Part shown: positions 42,901-56,200 of the stretch, one piece after another
How the letters are laid out: every line of letters starts with the position of its first letter
Numbering within the stretch: the stretch's first letter is position 1
From: Eledone cirrhosa
Taxonomy: Eukaryota
Reading direction: 5' to 3'
Length of the DNA: 64,000 bases
Assembly (NCBI GenBank): GCA_964016885.1
Contig: OZ024742.1
Span: 13,888,001 to 13,952,000, forward strand
Program-made: the position numbers and the translations under genes
Notes under the pieces: generated by a model
What the model was told of the DNA's origin: nothing
Seen by the model: the letters and a program-made list of their open reading frames with translations, nothing else
Database searches by the model: none

Positions 42901-44028
42901 ATGTGAGACCTAACCTTAGCAGTGACCACCTGACCTAGTCTAGCCTCAATGTGAGACTTAACCCTAGAAGTGACCACCTGACCTAGTCTAGCTTCAATGT
43001 GAGACCTAACCCTAGAAGTGACCACCTGACTTAGTCTAGCCTCAATGTGAGACCTAACCCTAGAAGTGACCACCTGACTTAGTCTAGCCTCAATGTGAGA
43101 CCTAACCCTTGAAGTGACCACCTGACCTAGTCTAGCCTCAATGTGAGACTATCTAACCCAAGAAGTGACCACCTGACCTAGTCTAGCATCAATTTGAGAC
43201 TAGCTAACCCAAGAAGTGACCACCTGACGTAGTGTAACCTCAATGTGAGACCTAACCCTAGTAGTGACCACCTGACCTAGTCTAGCCTCAATGTGAGACC
43301 TAACCCTAAAAGTGACCACCTGACCTAGTCAAGCTTCAATGTGTGACCTAACCCTAGAAGTGACCACCTGACTTAGTCTAGCCTCAATGTGAGACCTAAA
43401 CCTAGAAGTGACCACCTGACCTAGTCTAGCCTCAATGTGACACTATCTAACCCAAGAAGTGACCACCTGACCTAGTCTAGCCTCAATCTGAGACCTAACC
43501 CAAGAAGTGACCACCTGATCTAGTGTAACCTCAATCTGAGACCTAACCCTAGAAGTGACCACCTGACCTAGTTTAGCCTCAATGTGACACCTTCAAGCCC
43601 TAGAAGTGACCACCTGACCTACTTTAGCCTCAATGTGAGACCATCTAACCCTAGAAGTGACCACCTGACCTAGTTTATGTTCGATGTGAGACCTAACCCT
43701 AGAAGTGACCACCTGACCTAGTCTAGCCTCCAATGTGAGACCTTCTAACCCTAGAAGTGACCACCTGACCTAGTCTAGCCTCAATGTGAGACCTAACCCT
43801 AGAAGTGACCACCTGACCTAGTCTAGCCTCAATATGAGACCTAACCCTAGAAGTGACCACCTGACCTAATCTAGTTTCAATGTGAGACCTAACCCTAAAA
43901 GTGACCACCTGACCTAGTCTAGCCTCAATGTGAGACCATCTAACCCTAAAAGTGACCACCTTACCTAGTCTAGTCTCAATGTGAGACCTAACCCTAGAAG
44001 TGACCACCTGACCTAGTCTAGCCTCAAT
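39971..44028. repeat. Tandem duplication with 2002-bp period
   Basis: ORFs 40754/42756 and 41721/43723 differ by 2002. Private variants AGAACGGACC (~40479, ~42481) and GTTTATGTTCG (~41671, ~43673) are each duplicated. Confidence 0.93.
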
Positions 44029-44299
44029 GTGAGACTTCTAACCCTAGAAGTGACAACCTGACCTAGTCTAGCCTCAATGTGAGACGATCTAACCCAAGAA
44101 GTGACCACCTGATCTAGTGTAACCTTAATGAGACCTAACCCTAGAAGTGACCATCTGACCTAGTCTAGCCTCAATGTGAGACCTAACCCTAGAAGTGACC
44201 ACCTGACCTCGTCTATCCATAATGTGAGACTATCTAACCCAAGAAGTGACCACCTGACCTAGTCTAGCCTTAATGTAAGACTTCTAACCCAAGAAGTGA

Positions 44300-47200
44300 C
44301 CACCTGACCTAGTCTAGCCTCAATGTGAGACTATCTAACCCAAGAAGTGACCACCTGACCTAGTCTAGCCTCAATCTGAGACCTAACCCAAGAAGTGACC
44401 ACCTGACCTAGTGTAACCTCAATCTGAGACCTAACCCTAGAAGTGACCACCTGACCTAGTTTAGCCTCAATGTGACCCCTTCAAACCCTAGAAGTGACCA
44501 CCTGACCTAGTCTAGGTTCGATGTGAGACCTAACCCTAGAAGTGACCACCTGACCTAGTCTAGCCTCCAATGTGAGACCTTCTAACCCAAGAAGTGACCA
44601 CCTGACCTAGTGTAACCTCAATGTGAGACCCTCTAACCCTAGAAGTGACCACCTTACCTAGTCTAGCCTCAATGTGAGACCTAACCCTAGAAGTGACCAC
44701 CTGACCTAGTCTAGCCTCAATGTGAGACTATCTAACCCAAGAAGTGACGACCTGACCTAGTCTAGCCTCAATCTGAGACCTAACCCAAGAAGTGACCACC
44801 TGACCTAGTCTAGGTTCGATGTGAGACCTAACCCTAGAAGTGACCACCTGACCTAGTCTAGCCTCCAATGTGAGACCTAACCCTTGAAGTGACCACCTGA
44901 CCTAGTCTAGCATCAATGTGAGACCTAACCCTAGAAGTGACCACCTGACCTAGTCTAGCCTCAATGTGAGACCATCTAACCCTAGAAGTGACCACCTTAC
45001 CTAGTCTAGTCTCAATGTGAGACCTGACCTAGTCTAGCCTCAATGTGAGACTTGTAACCCTAGAAGTGACAACCTGACCTAGTGTAAACCGAATGTGAAA
45101 CCTAACCCAAGAAGTGACCACCTGACCTAGTCTAGCCTGAATGTGAGACGATCTAACCCAAGTGACCACCTGACCTAGTGTAACCTCAATGAGACCTAAC
45201 CCTAGAAGTGACCATCTGACCTAGTCTAGCCTCAATGAAACCTAACCCTAGAAGTGACCGCCTGACCTCGTCTATCCATAATGTGAGACTATCTAACCCA
45301 AGAAGTGACCACCTGACCTAGTGTAACCTCAATGAGACCTAACCCTAGAAGTGACCACCTGACCTAGTCTAGCCTCAATGTGAGATCTAACCTTAGCAGT
45401 GACCACCTGACCTAGTCTAGCCTCAATGTGAGACCTAACCCTAGAAGTGACCACCTGACCTAGTCTAGCTTCAATGTGAGACCTAACCCTAGAAGTGACC
45501 ACCTGACTTAGTCTAGCCTCAATGTGAGACCTAACCCTAGAAGTGACCACCTGACCTAGTCTAGCCTCCAATGTGAGACCTTCTAACCCAAGAAGTGACC
45601 ACCTTACCTAGTCTAGCCTCAATGTGAGACCTAACCCTAGAAGTGACCACCTGACCTAGTCTAGCCTCAATGTGAGACTATCTAACCCAAGAAGTGACCA
45701 CCTGACCTAGTCTAGCCTCAATCTGAGACCTAACCCAAGAAGTGACCACCTGACATAGTGTAACCTCAATCTGAGACCTAACCCTAGAAGTGACCACCTG
45801 ACCTAGTTTAGCCTCAATGTGACCCCTTCAAACCCTAGAAGTGACCACCTGACCTAGTCTAGGTTCGATGTGAGACCTAACCCTAGAAGTGACCACCTGA
45901 CCTAGTCTAGCCTCCAATGTGAGACCTTCTAACCCTTGAAGTGACCACCTGACCTAGTCTAGCATCAATGTGAGACCTAACCCTAGAAGTGACCACCTGA
46001 CCTAGTCTAGCCTCAATGTGAGACCATCTAACCCTAGAAGTGACCACCTTACCTAGTCTAGTCTCAATGTGAGACCTGACCTAGTCTAGCCTCAATGTGA
46101 GACTTCTAACCCTAGAAGTGACAACCTGACCTAGTGTAAACCGAATGTGAAACCTAACCCAAGAAGTGACCACCTGACCTAGTCTAGCCTGAATGTGAGA
46201 CGATCTAACCCAAGTGACCACCTGACCTAGTGTAACCTCAATGAGACCTAACCCTAGAAGTGACCATCTGACCTAGTCTAGCCTCAATGAAACCTAAACC
46301 TAGAAGTGACCACCTGACCTCGTCTATCCATAATGTGAGACTATCTAACCCAAGAAGTGACCACCTGACCTAGTCTAGCCTCAATGTGAGATGATCTAAC
46401 CTAAGAAGTGACCACCTGACCTAGTGTAACCTCAATGAGACCTAACCCTAGAAGTGACCACCTGACCTAGTCTAGCCTCAATGTGAGATCTAACCTTAGC
46501 AGTGACCACCTGACCTAGTCTAGCCTCAATGTGAGACCTAACCCTAGAAGTGACCACCTGACCTAGTCTAGCTTCAATGTGAGACCTAACCCTAGAAGTG
46601 ACCACCTGACTTAGTCTAGCCTCAATGTGAGACCTAACCCTAGAAGTGACCACCTGACCTAGTCTAGCCTCAATGTGAGACTATCTAACCCAAGAAGTGA
46701 CCACCTGACCTAGTCTAGCCTCAATCTGAGACCTAACCCAAGAAGTGACCACCTGACCTAGTGTAACCTCAATCTGAGACCTAACCCTAGAAGTGACCAC
46801 CTGACCTAGTTTAGCCTCAATGTGACCCCGTCAAACCCTATAAGTGACCACCTGACCTAGTCTAGGTTCGATGTGAGACCTAACCCTAGAAGTGACCACC
46901 TGACCTAGTCTAGCCTCCAATGTGAGACCTTCTAACCCAAGAAGTGACCACCTGACCTAGTGTAACCTCAATGTGAGACCCTCTAACCCTAGAAGTGACC
47001 ACCTTACCTAGTCTAGCCTCAATGTGAGACCTAACCCTAGAAGTGACCACCTGACCTTGTGTAACCTCAATGTGAGACCTAACCCTAGAAGTGACCACCT
47101 GACCTAGTCTAGCCTCAATGTGAGACTATCTAACCCAAGAAGTGACGACCTGACCTAGTCTAGCCTCAATCTGAGACCTAACCCAAGAAGTGACCACCTG

Positions 47201-48120
47201 ACCTAGTGTAACCTCAATCTGAGACCTAACCCTAGAAGTGACCACCTGACCTAGTTTAGCCTCAATGTGACCCCTTCAAACCCTAGAAGTGACCACCTGA
47301 CCTAGTCTAGGTTCGATGTGAGACCTAACCCTAGAAGTGACCACCTGACCTAGTCTAGCCTCCAATGTGAGACCTTCTAACCCTTGAAGTGACCACCTGA
47401 CCTAGTCTAGCATCAATGTGAGACCTAACCCTAGAAGTGACCACCTGACCTAGTCTAGCCTCAATGTGAGACCATCTAACCCTAGAAGTGACCACCTTAC
47501 CTAGTCTAGTCTCAATATGAGACCTGACCTAGTCTAGCCTCAATGTGAGACTTCTAACCCTAGAAGTGACAACCTGACCTAGTGTAAACCGAATGTGAAA
47601 CCTAACCCAAGAAGTGACCACCTGACCTAGTCTAGCCTGAATGTGAGACGATCTAACCCAAGTGACCACCTGACCTAGTGTAACCTCAATGAGACCTAAC
47701 CCTAGAAATGACCATCTGACCTAGTCTAGCCTCAATGAAACCTAATCCTAGAAGTGACCACCTGACCTCGTCTATCCATAATGTGAGACTATCTAACCCA
47801 AGAAGTGACCACCTGACCTAGTCTAGCCTCAATGTGAGATCTAACCTAAGAAGTGACCACCTGACCTAGTGTAACCTCAATGAGACCTAACCCTAGAAGT
47901 GACCACCTGACCTAGTCTAGCCTCAATGTGAGATCTAACCTTAGCAGTGACCACCTGACCTAGTCTAGCCTTAATGTGAGACCTAACCCTAGAAGTGACC
48001 ACCTGACCTAGTCTAGCTTCAATGTGAGACCTAACCCTAGAAGTGACCACCTGACTTAGTCTAGCCTCAATGTGAGACCTAACCCTAGAAGTGACCACCT
48101 GACCTAGTCTAGCCTCAATG
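44300..48120. repeat. Older, less regular HOR block with related units at ~1.1 and ~1.45 kb spacing
   Basis: Homologous ORFs at 45329, 46432 and 47877 (1103, 1445 bp apart). 28-bp monomers at 45000, 46052 and 47500. The GACCCC(T/G)TCAAACC variant occurs at ~44474, 45821, 46824 and 47269. Confidence 0.8.
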
Positions 48121-50249
48121 TGAGACTATCTAACCCAAGAAGTGACCACCTGACCTAGTCTAGCCTCAATTTGAGACTAGCTAACCCAAGAAGTGACCAC
48201 CTGACGTAGTGTAACCTCAATGTGAGACCTAACCCTAGAAGTGACCACCTGACCTCGTCTAGCCTCAATCTGAGACCTAACCCTAGAAGTGACTACCTGA
48301 CCTAGTTTAGCCTCAATGTGACACCTTCAAGCCCTAGAAGTAACCACCTGACCTACTTTAGCCTCAATGTGAGACCATCTAACCCTAGAAGTGACCACCT
48401 GACCTAGTCTAGGTTCGATGTGAGACCTAACCCTAGAAGTGACCACCTGACCTAGTCTAGCCTCCAATGTGAGACCTTCTAACCCTAGAAGTGACCACCT
48501 GACCTAGTCTAGCCTCAATGTGAGACCTAACCCTAGAAGTGACCACCTGACCTAGTCTAGCCTTAATATGAGACCTAACCCTAGAAGTGACCACCTGACC
48601 TAGTCTAGTTTCAATGTGAGACCTAACCCTAAAAGTGACCACCTGACCTAGTCTAGCCTCAATGTGAGACCATCTAACCCTAGAAGTGACCACCTTACCT
48701 AGTCTAGTCTCAATGTGAGACCTAACCCTAGAAGTAACCACCTGACCTACTCTAGCCTCAATGTGAGACTTCTAACCCTAGAAGTGACAACCTGACCTAG
48801 TGTAATCTTAATGTGAAACCTAACCCAAGAAGTGACCACCTTACCTAGTCTAGCCTCAATGTGAGACGATCTAACCCAAGAAGTGACCACCTGACCTAGT
48901 GTAACCTCAATGAGACCTTCTAACCATAGAAGTGACCATCTGACCTAGTCTAGCCTCAATGTGAGACCTAACCCTAGAAGTGACCACCTGACCTCGTCTA
49001 TCCATAATGTGAGACTATCTAACCCAAGAAGTGACCACCTGACCTAGTCTAGCCTCAATGTGAGACTTCTAACCCAAGAAGTGACCACCTGACCTAGTGT
49101 AACCTCAATGTGAGACCCTCTAACCCTAGAAGAGACCACCTTACCTAGTCTAGCCTCAATGTGAGACCTAACCCTAGAAGTGACCACCTGACCTAGTCTA
49201 GCCTCAATGTGAGACCTAACCCTAGAAGTGACCACCTGACCTAGTCTAGCCTCAATGTGAGACCTAACTATAGAAGTGACCACCTGACCTAGTCTAGCCT
49301 CAATGTGAGACGATCTAACCGAAGAAGTGACCACCTGACCTAGTGTAACCTCAATGAGACCTAACCCTAGAAGTGACCACCTGACCTAGTCTAGCCTCAA
49401 TGTACGATCTAACCCTTGAAGTGACCACCTGACCTAGTCTAGCCTCATTGTGAGACCTAATCCAAGAAGTGACCACCTGACCTAGTCTAACCTCAATGTG
49501 AGACCTAACCTTAGCAGTGACCCCCTGACCTAGTCTAGCCTCAATGTGAGACCTAACCCTAGAAGTGACCACCTGGCCTAGTCTAGCTTCAATGTGAGAC
49601 CTAACCCTAGAAGTGACCACTTGACTTAGTCTAGCCTCAATGTGAGACCTAACCCTAGAAGTCACCACCTGACCTAGTCTAGCCTCAATGTGAGACTATC
49701 TAACCCAAGAAGTGACCAACTGACCTAGTCTAGCCTCAATTTGAGACTAGCTAACCCAAGAAGTGACCACCTGACGTAGTGTAACCTCAATGTGAGACCT
49801 AACCCTTGAAGTGACCACCTGACCTAGTCTAGCCTCAATCTGAGACCTAACCCAAGAAGTGAGCACCTGACCTAGTGTAACCTCAATTTGAGACCTAACC
49901 CTAGAAGTGACCACCTGACCTAGTTTAGCCTCAATGTGACACCTTCAAGCCCTAGAAATGACCACCTGACCTAGTCTAGCCTCCAATGTGAGACCTTCTA
50001 ACCCTAGAAGTGACCACCTGACCTAGTCTAGCCTCAATGTGAGACCTAACCCTAGAAGTGACCACCTGACCTAGTCTAGCCTTAATATGAGACCTAACCC
50101 TAGTAGTGACCACCTGACCTAGTCTAGCTTCAATGTGAGACCTAACCCTAGTAGTGACCACTTGACTTAGTCAAGCCTCAATGTGAGACCTAACCCAAGA
50201 AGTGACCACCTGACCTAGTCTAGCCTTAATGTGAGACCATCTAACCCTA

Positions 50250-53200
50250 GAAGTGACCACCTTACCTAGTCTAGTCTCAATGTGAGACCTAACCCTAAAA
50301 GTGACCACCTGACCTAGTCTAGCCTCAATGTGAGACTTCTAACCCTAGAAGTGACAACCTGACCTAGTGTAAACTCAATGTGAAACCTAACCCAAGAAGT
50401 GACCACCTGACCCAGTCTAGCCTCAATGTGAGACGATCTAACCCAAGAAGTGACCACCTGACCTAGTCTAGCTTCAATGTGAGACCTTCTAGCCCTGGAA
50501 GTGATCACCTGACCTAATCTAGCCTCAATGTCAGACTATCTAACCCTAGAAGTGACCACCTGACCTAGTCTAGCTTCAATGTGAGACCTAACCCTAGAAG
50601 TGACCACCTGACCTAGTCTAGCCTCAATGTGAGACTATCTAACCCAACAAGTGACCACCTGACCTAGTCTAGCCTCATTTTGAGACTAGCTAACCCAAGA
50701 AGTGACCACCTGACGTAGTGTAACATCAATGTGAGACCTAACCCTAGAAGTGACCACCTGACCTAGTCTAGCCTCAATCTGAGACCTAACCCAAGAAGTG
50801 ACCACCTGACCTAGTGTAACCTCAATCTGAGACCTAACCCTAGAAGTGACCACCTGACCTAGTCTAGCCTCATTGTGAGACCTAATCCAAGAAGTGACCA
50901 CCTGACCTAGTCTAACCTCAATGTGAGACCTAACCTTAGCAGTGACCACCTGACCTGGTCTAGCCTCAATGTGAGACCTAACCCTAGAAGTGACCACCTG
51001 ACCTAGTCTAGCTTCAATGTGAGACCTAACCCTAGAAGTGACCACCTGACTTAGTCTAGCCTCAATGTGAGACCTAACCCTAGAAGTGACCACCTGACCT
51101 AGTCTAGCCTCAATGTGAGACTATCTAACCCAAGAAGTGACCACCTGACCTAGTCTAGCCTCAATTTGAGACTAGCTAACCCAAGAAGTGACCACCTGAC
51201 CTAGTGTAACCTCAATTTGAGACCTAACCCTAGAAGTGACCACCTGACCTACTTTAGCCTCAATGTGAGACCATCTAACCCTAGAAGTGACCACCTGACC
51301 TAGTCTAGGTTCGATGTGAGACCTAACCCTAGAAATGACCACCTGACCTAGTCTAGCCTCCAATGTGAGACCTAACCCTAGAAGTGACCACCTGACCTAG
51401 TCTAGTCTCAATGTGAGACCTAGCCCTAGAAGTGACCACCTGACCTAGTCTAGCCTCAATGTGAGACTTCTAACCCTAGAAGTGACAACCTGACCTAGTG
51501 TAAACCGAATGTGAAACCTAACCCAAGAAGTGACCACCTGACCTACTCTAGCCTGAATGTGAGACGATCTAACCCAAGAAGTGACCACCTGACCTAGTGT
51601 AACCTCAATGAGACCTAACCCTAGAAGTGACCATCTGACCTAGTCTAGCCTCAATGTGAGACCTAACCCTAGAAGTGACCACCTGACCTCGTCTATCCAT
51701 AATGTGAGACTATCTAACCCAAGAAGTGACCACCTGACCTCGTCTATCCATAATGTGAGACTATCTAACCCAAGAAGTGACCACCTGACCTAGTCTAGCC
51801 TCAATGTGAGATGATCTAACCTAAGAAGTGCCCACCTGACCTAGTGTAACCTCAATGAGACCTAACCCTAGAAGTGACCACCTGACCTAGTCTAGTCTCA
51901 ATGTGAGACCTAACCCTAAAAGTGACCACCTGACCTAGTCTAGCCTCAATGTGAGACTTCTAACCCTAGAAGTGACAACCTGACCTAGTGTAAACTCAAT
52001 GTGAAACCTAACCCAAGAAGTGACCACCTGACCTAGTCTAGCCTCAATGTGAGACGATCTAACCCAAGAAGTGACCACCTGACCTAGTCTAGCTTCAATA
52101 TGAGGCCTTCTAGCCCTGGAAGTGATCACCTGACCTAATCTAGCCTCAATGTCAGACTATCTAACCCTAGAAGTGACCACCTGACCTAGTCTAGCTTCAA
52201 TGTGAGACCTAACCCTAGAAGTGACCACCTGACCTAGTCTAGCCTCAATGTGAGACTATCTAACCCAACAAGTGACCACCTGACCTAGTCTAGCCTCATT
52301 TTGAGACTAGCTAACCCAAGAAGTGACCACCTGACGTAGTGTAACATCAATGTGAGACCTAACCCTAGAAGTGACCACCTGACCTAGTCTAGCCTCAATC
52401 TGAGACCTAACCCAAGAAGTGACCACCTGACCTAGTGTAACCTCAATCTGAGACCTAACCCTAGAAGTGACCACCTGACCTAGTCTAGCCTCATTGTGAG
52501 ACCTAATCCAAGAAGTGACCACCTTACCTAGTCTAACCTCAATGTGAGACCTAACCTTAGCAGTGACCACCTGACCTGGTCTAGCCTCAATGTGAGACCT
52601 AACCCTAGAAGTGACCACCTGACCTAGTCTAGCTTCAATGTGAGACCTAACCCTAGAAGTGACCACCTGACTTAGTCTAGCCTCAATGTGAGACCTAACC
52701 CTAGAAGTGACCACCTGACCTAGTCTAGCCTCAATGTGAGACTATCTAACCCAAGAAGTGACCACCTGACCTAGTCTAGCCTCAATTTGAGACTAGCTAA
52801 CCCAAGAAGTGACCACCTGACCTAGTGTAACCTCAATTTGAGACCTAACCCTAGAAGTGACCACCTGACCTACTTTAGCCTCAATGTGAGACCATCTAAC
52901 CCTAGAAGTGACCACCTGACCTAGTGTAAACCGAATGTGAAACCTAACCCAAGAAGTGACCACCTGACCTACTCTAGCCTGAATGTGAGACGATCTAACC
53001 CAAGAAGTGACCACCTGACCTAGTGTAACCTCAATGAGACCTAACCCTAGAAGTGACCATCTGACCTAGTCTAGTCTCAATGTGAGACCTAGCCCTAGAA
53101 GTGACCACCTGACCTAGTCTAGCCTCAATGTGAGACTTCTAACCCTAGAAGTGACAACCTGACCTAGTGTAAACCGAATATGAAACCTAACCCAAGAAGT

Positions 53201-56200
53201 GACCACCTGACCTACTCTAGCCTGAATGTGAGACGATCTAACCCAAGAAGTGACCACCTGACCTAGTGTAACCTCAATGAGACCTAACCCTAGAAGTGAC
53301 CATCTGACCTAGTCTAGCCTCAATGTGAGACTTCTAACCCTAGAAGTGACAACCTGACCTAGTGTAAACCGAATGTGAAACCTAACCCAAGAAGTGACCA
53401 CCTGACCTACTCTAGCCTGAATGTGAGACGATCTAACCCAAGAAGTGACCACCTGACCTAGTGTAACCTCAATGAGACCTAACCCTAGAAGTGACCATCT
53501 GACCTAGTCTAGCCTCAATGTGAGACCTAACCCTAGAAGTGACCACCTGACCTCGTCTATCCATAATGTGAGACTATCTAACCCAAGAAGTGACCACCTG
53601 ACCTCGTCTATCCATAATGTGAGACTATCTAACCCAAGAAGTGACCACCTGACCTAGCCTAGCCTCAATGTGAGATCTAACCTAAGAAGTGACCACCTGA
53701 CCTAGTGTAACCTCAATGAGACCTAACCCTAGAAGTGACCACCTGACCTAGTCTAGCCTTAATGTGAGACCATCTAACCCTAGAAGTGACCACCTTACCT
53801 AGTCTAGTCTCAATGTGAGACCTAACCCTAAAAGTGACCACCTGACCTAGTCTAGCCTCAATGTGAGACTTCTAACCCTAGAAGTGACAACCTGACCTAG
53901 TGTAAACTCAATGTGAAACCTAACCCAAGAAGTGACCACCTGACCTAGTCTAGCCTCAATGTGAGACGATCTAACCCAAGAAGTGACCATCTGACCTAGT
54001 CTAGCTTCAATGTGAGACCTAGCCCTGGAAGTGATCACCTGACCTAATCTAGCCTCAATGTCAGACTATCTAACCCTAGAAGTGACCACCTGACCTAGTC
54101 TAGCTTCAATGTGAGACCTAACCCTAGAAGTGACCACCTGACCTAGTCTAGCCTCAATGTGAGACTATCTAACCCAACAAGTGACCACCTGACCTAGTCT
54201 AGCCTCATTTTGAGACTAGCTAACCCAAGAAGTGACCACCTGACGTAGTGTAACATCAATGTGAGACCTAACCCTAGAAGTGACCACCTGACCTAGTCTA
54301 GCCTCAATCTGAGACCTAACCCAAGAAGTGACCACCTGACCTAGTGTAACCTCAATCTGAGACCTAACCCTAGAAGTGACCACCTGACCTAGTCTAGCCT
54401 CATTGTGAGACCTAATCCAAGAAGTGACCACCTTACCTAGTCTAACCTCAATGTGAGACCTAACCTTAGCAGTGACCACCTGACCTGGTCTAGCCTCAAT
54501 GTGAGACCTAACCCTAGAAGTGACCACCTGACCTAGTCTAGCTTCAATGTGAGACCTAACCCTAGAAGTGACCACCTGACTTAGTCTAGCCTCAATGTGA
54601 GACCTAACCCTAGAAGTGACCACCTGACCTAGTCTAGCCTCAATGTGAGACTATCTAACCCAAGAAGTGACCACCTGACCTAGTCTAGCCTCAATTTGAG
54701 ACTAGCTAACCCAAGAAGTGACCACCTGACCTAGTGTAACCTCAATTTGAGACCTAACCCTAGAAGTGACCACCTGACCTACTTTAGCCTCAATGTGAGA
54801 CCATCTAACCCTAGAAGTGACCACCTGACCTAGTCTAGGTTCGATGTGAGACCTAACCCTAGAAATGACCACCTGACCTAGTCTAGCCTCCAATGTGAGA
54901 CCTAACCCTAGAAGTGACCACCTGACCTAGTCTAGTCTCAATGTGAGACCTAGCCCTAGAAGTGACCACCTGACCTAGTCTAGCCTCAATGTGAGACTTC
55001 TAACCCTAGAAGTGACAACCTGACCTAGTGTAAACCGAATGTGAAACCTAACCCAAGAAGTGACCACCTGACCTACTCTAGCCTGAATGTGAGACGATCT
55101 AACCCAAGAAGTGACCACCTGACCTAGTGTAACCTCAATGAGACCTAACCCTAGAAGTGACCATCTGACCTAGTCTAGCCTCAATGTGAGACCTAACCCT
55201 AGAAGTGACCACCTGACCTCGTCTATCCATAATGTGAGACTATCTAACCCAAGAAGTGACCACCTGACCTCGTCTATCCATAATGTGAGACTATCTAACC
55301 CAAGAAGTGACCACCTGACCTAGTCTAGCCTCAATGTGAGATGATCTAACCTAAGAAGTGCCCACCTGACCTAGTGTAACCTCAATGAGACCTAACCCTA
55401 GAAGTGACCACCTGACCTAGTCTAGTCTCAATGTGAGACCTAACCCTAAAAGTGACCACCTGACCTAGTCTAGCCTCAATGTGAGACTTCTAACCCTAGA
55501 AGTGACAACCTGACCTAGTGTAAACTCAATGTGAAACCTAACCCAAGAAGTGACCACCTGACCTAGTCTAGCCTCAATGTGAGACGATCTAACCCAAGAA
55601 GTGACCACCTGACCTAGTCTAGCTTCAATATGAGGCCTTCTAGCCCTGGAAGTGATCACCTGACCTAATCTAGCCTCAATGTCAGACTATCTAACCCTAG
55701 AAGTGACCACCTGACCTAGTCTAGCTTCAATGTGAGACCTAACCCTAGAAGTGACCACCTGACCTAGTCTAGCCTCAATGTGAGACTATCTAACCCAACA
55801 AGTGACCACCTGACCTAGTCTAGCCTCATTTTGAGACTAGCTAACCCAAGAAGTGACCACCTGACGTAGTGTAACATCAATGTGAGACCTAACCCTAGAA
55901 GTGACCACCTGACCTAGTCTAGCCTCAATCTGAGACCTAACCCAAGAAGTGACCACCTGACCTAGTGTAACCTCAATCTGAGACCTAACCCTAGAAGTGA
56001 CCACCTGACCTAGTCTAGCCTCATTGTGAGACCTAATCCAAGAAGTGACCACCTTACCTAGTCTAACCTCAATGTGAGACCTAACCTTAGCAGTGACCAC
56101 CTGACCTGGTCTAGCCTCAATGTGAGACCTAACCCTAGAAGTGACCACCTGACCTAGTCTAGCTTCAATGTGAGACCTAACCCTAGAAGTGACCACCTGA

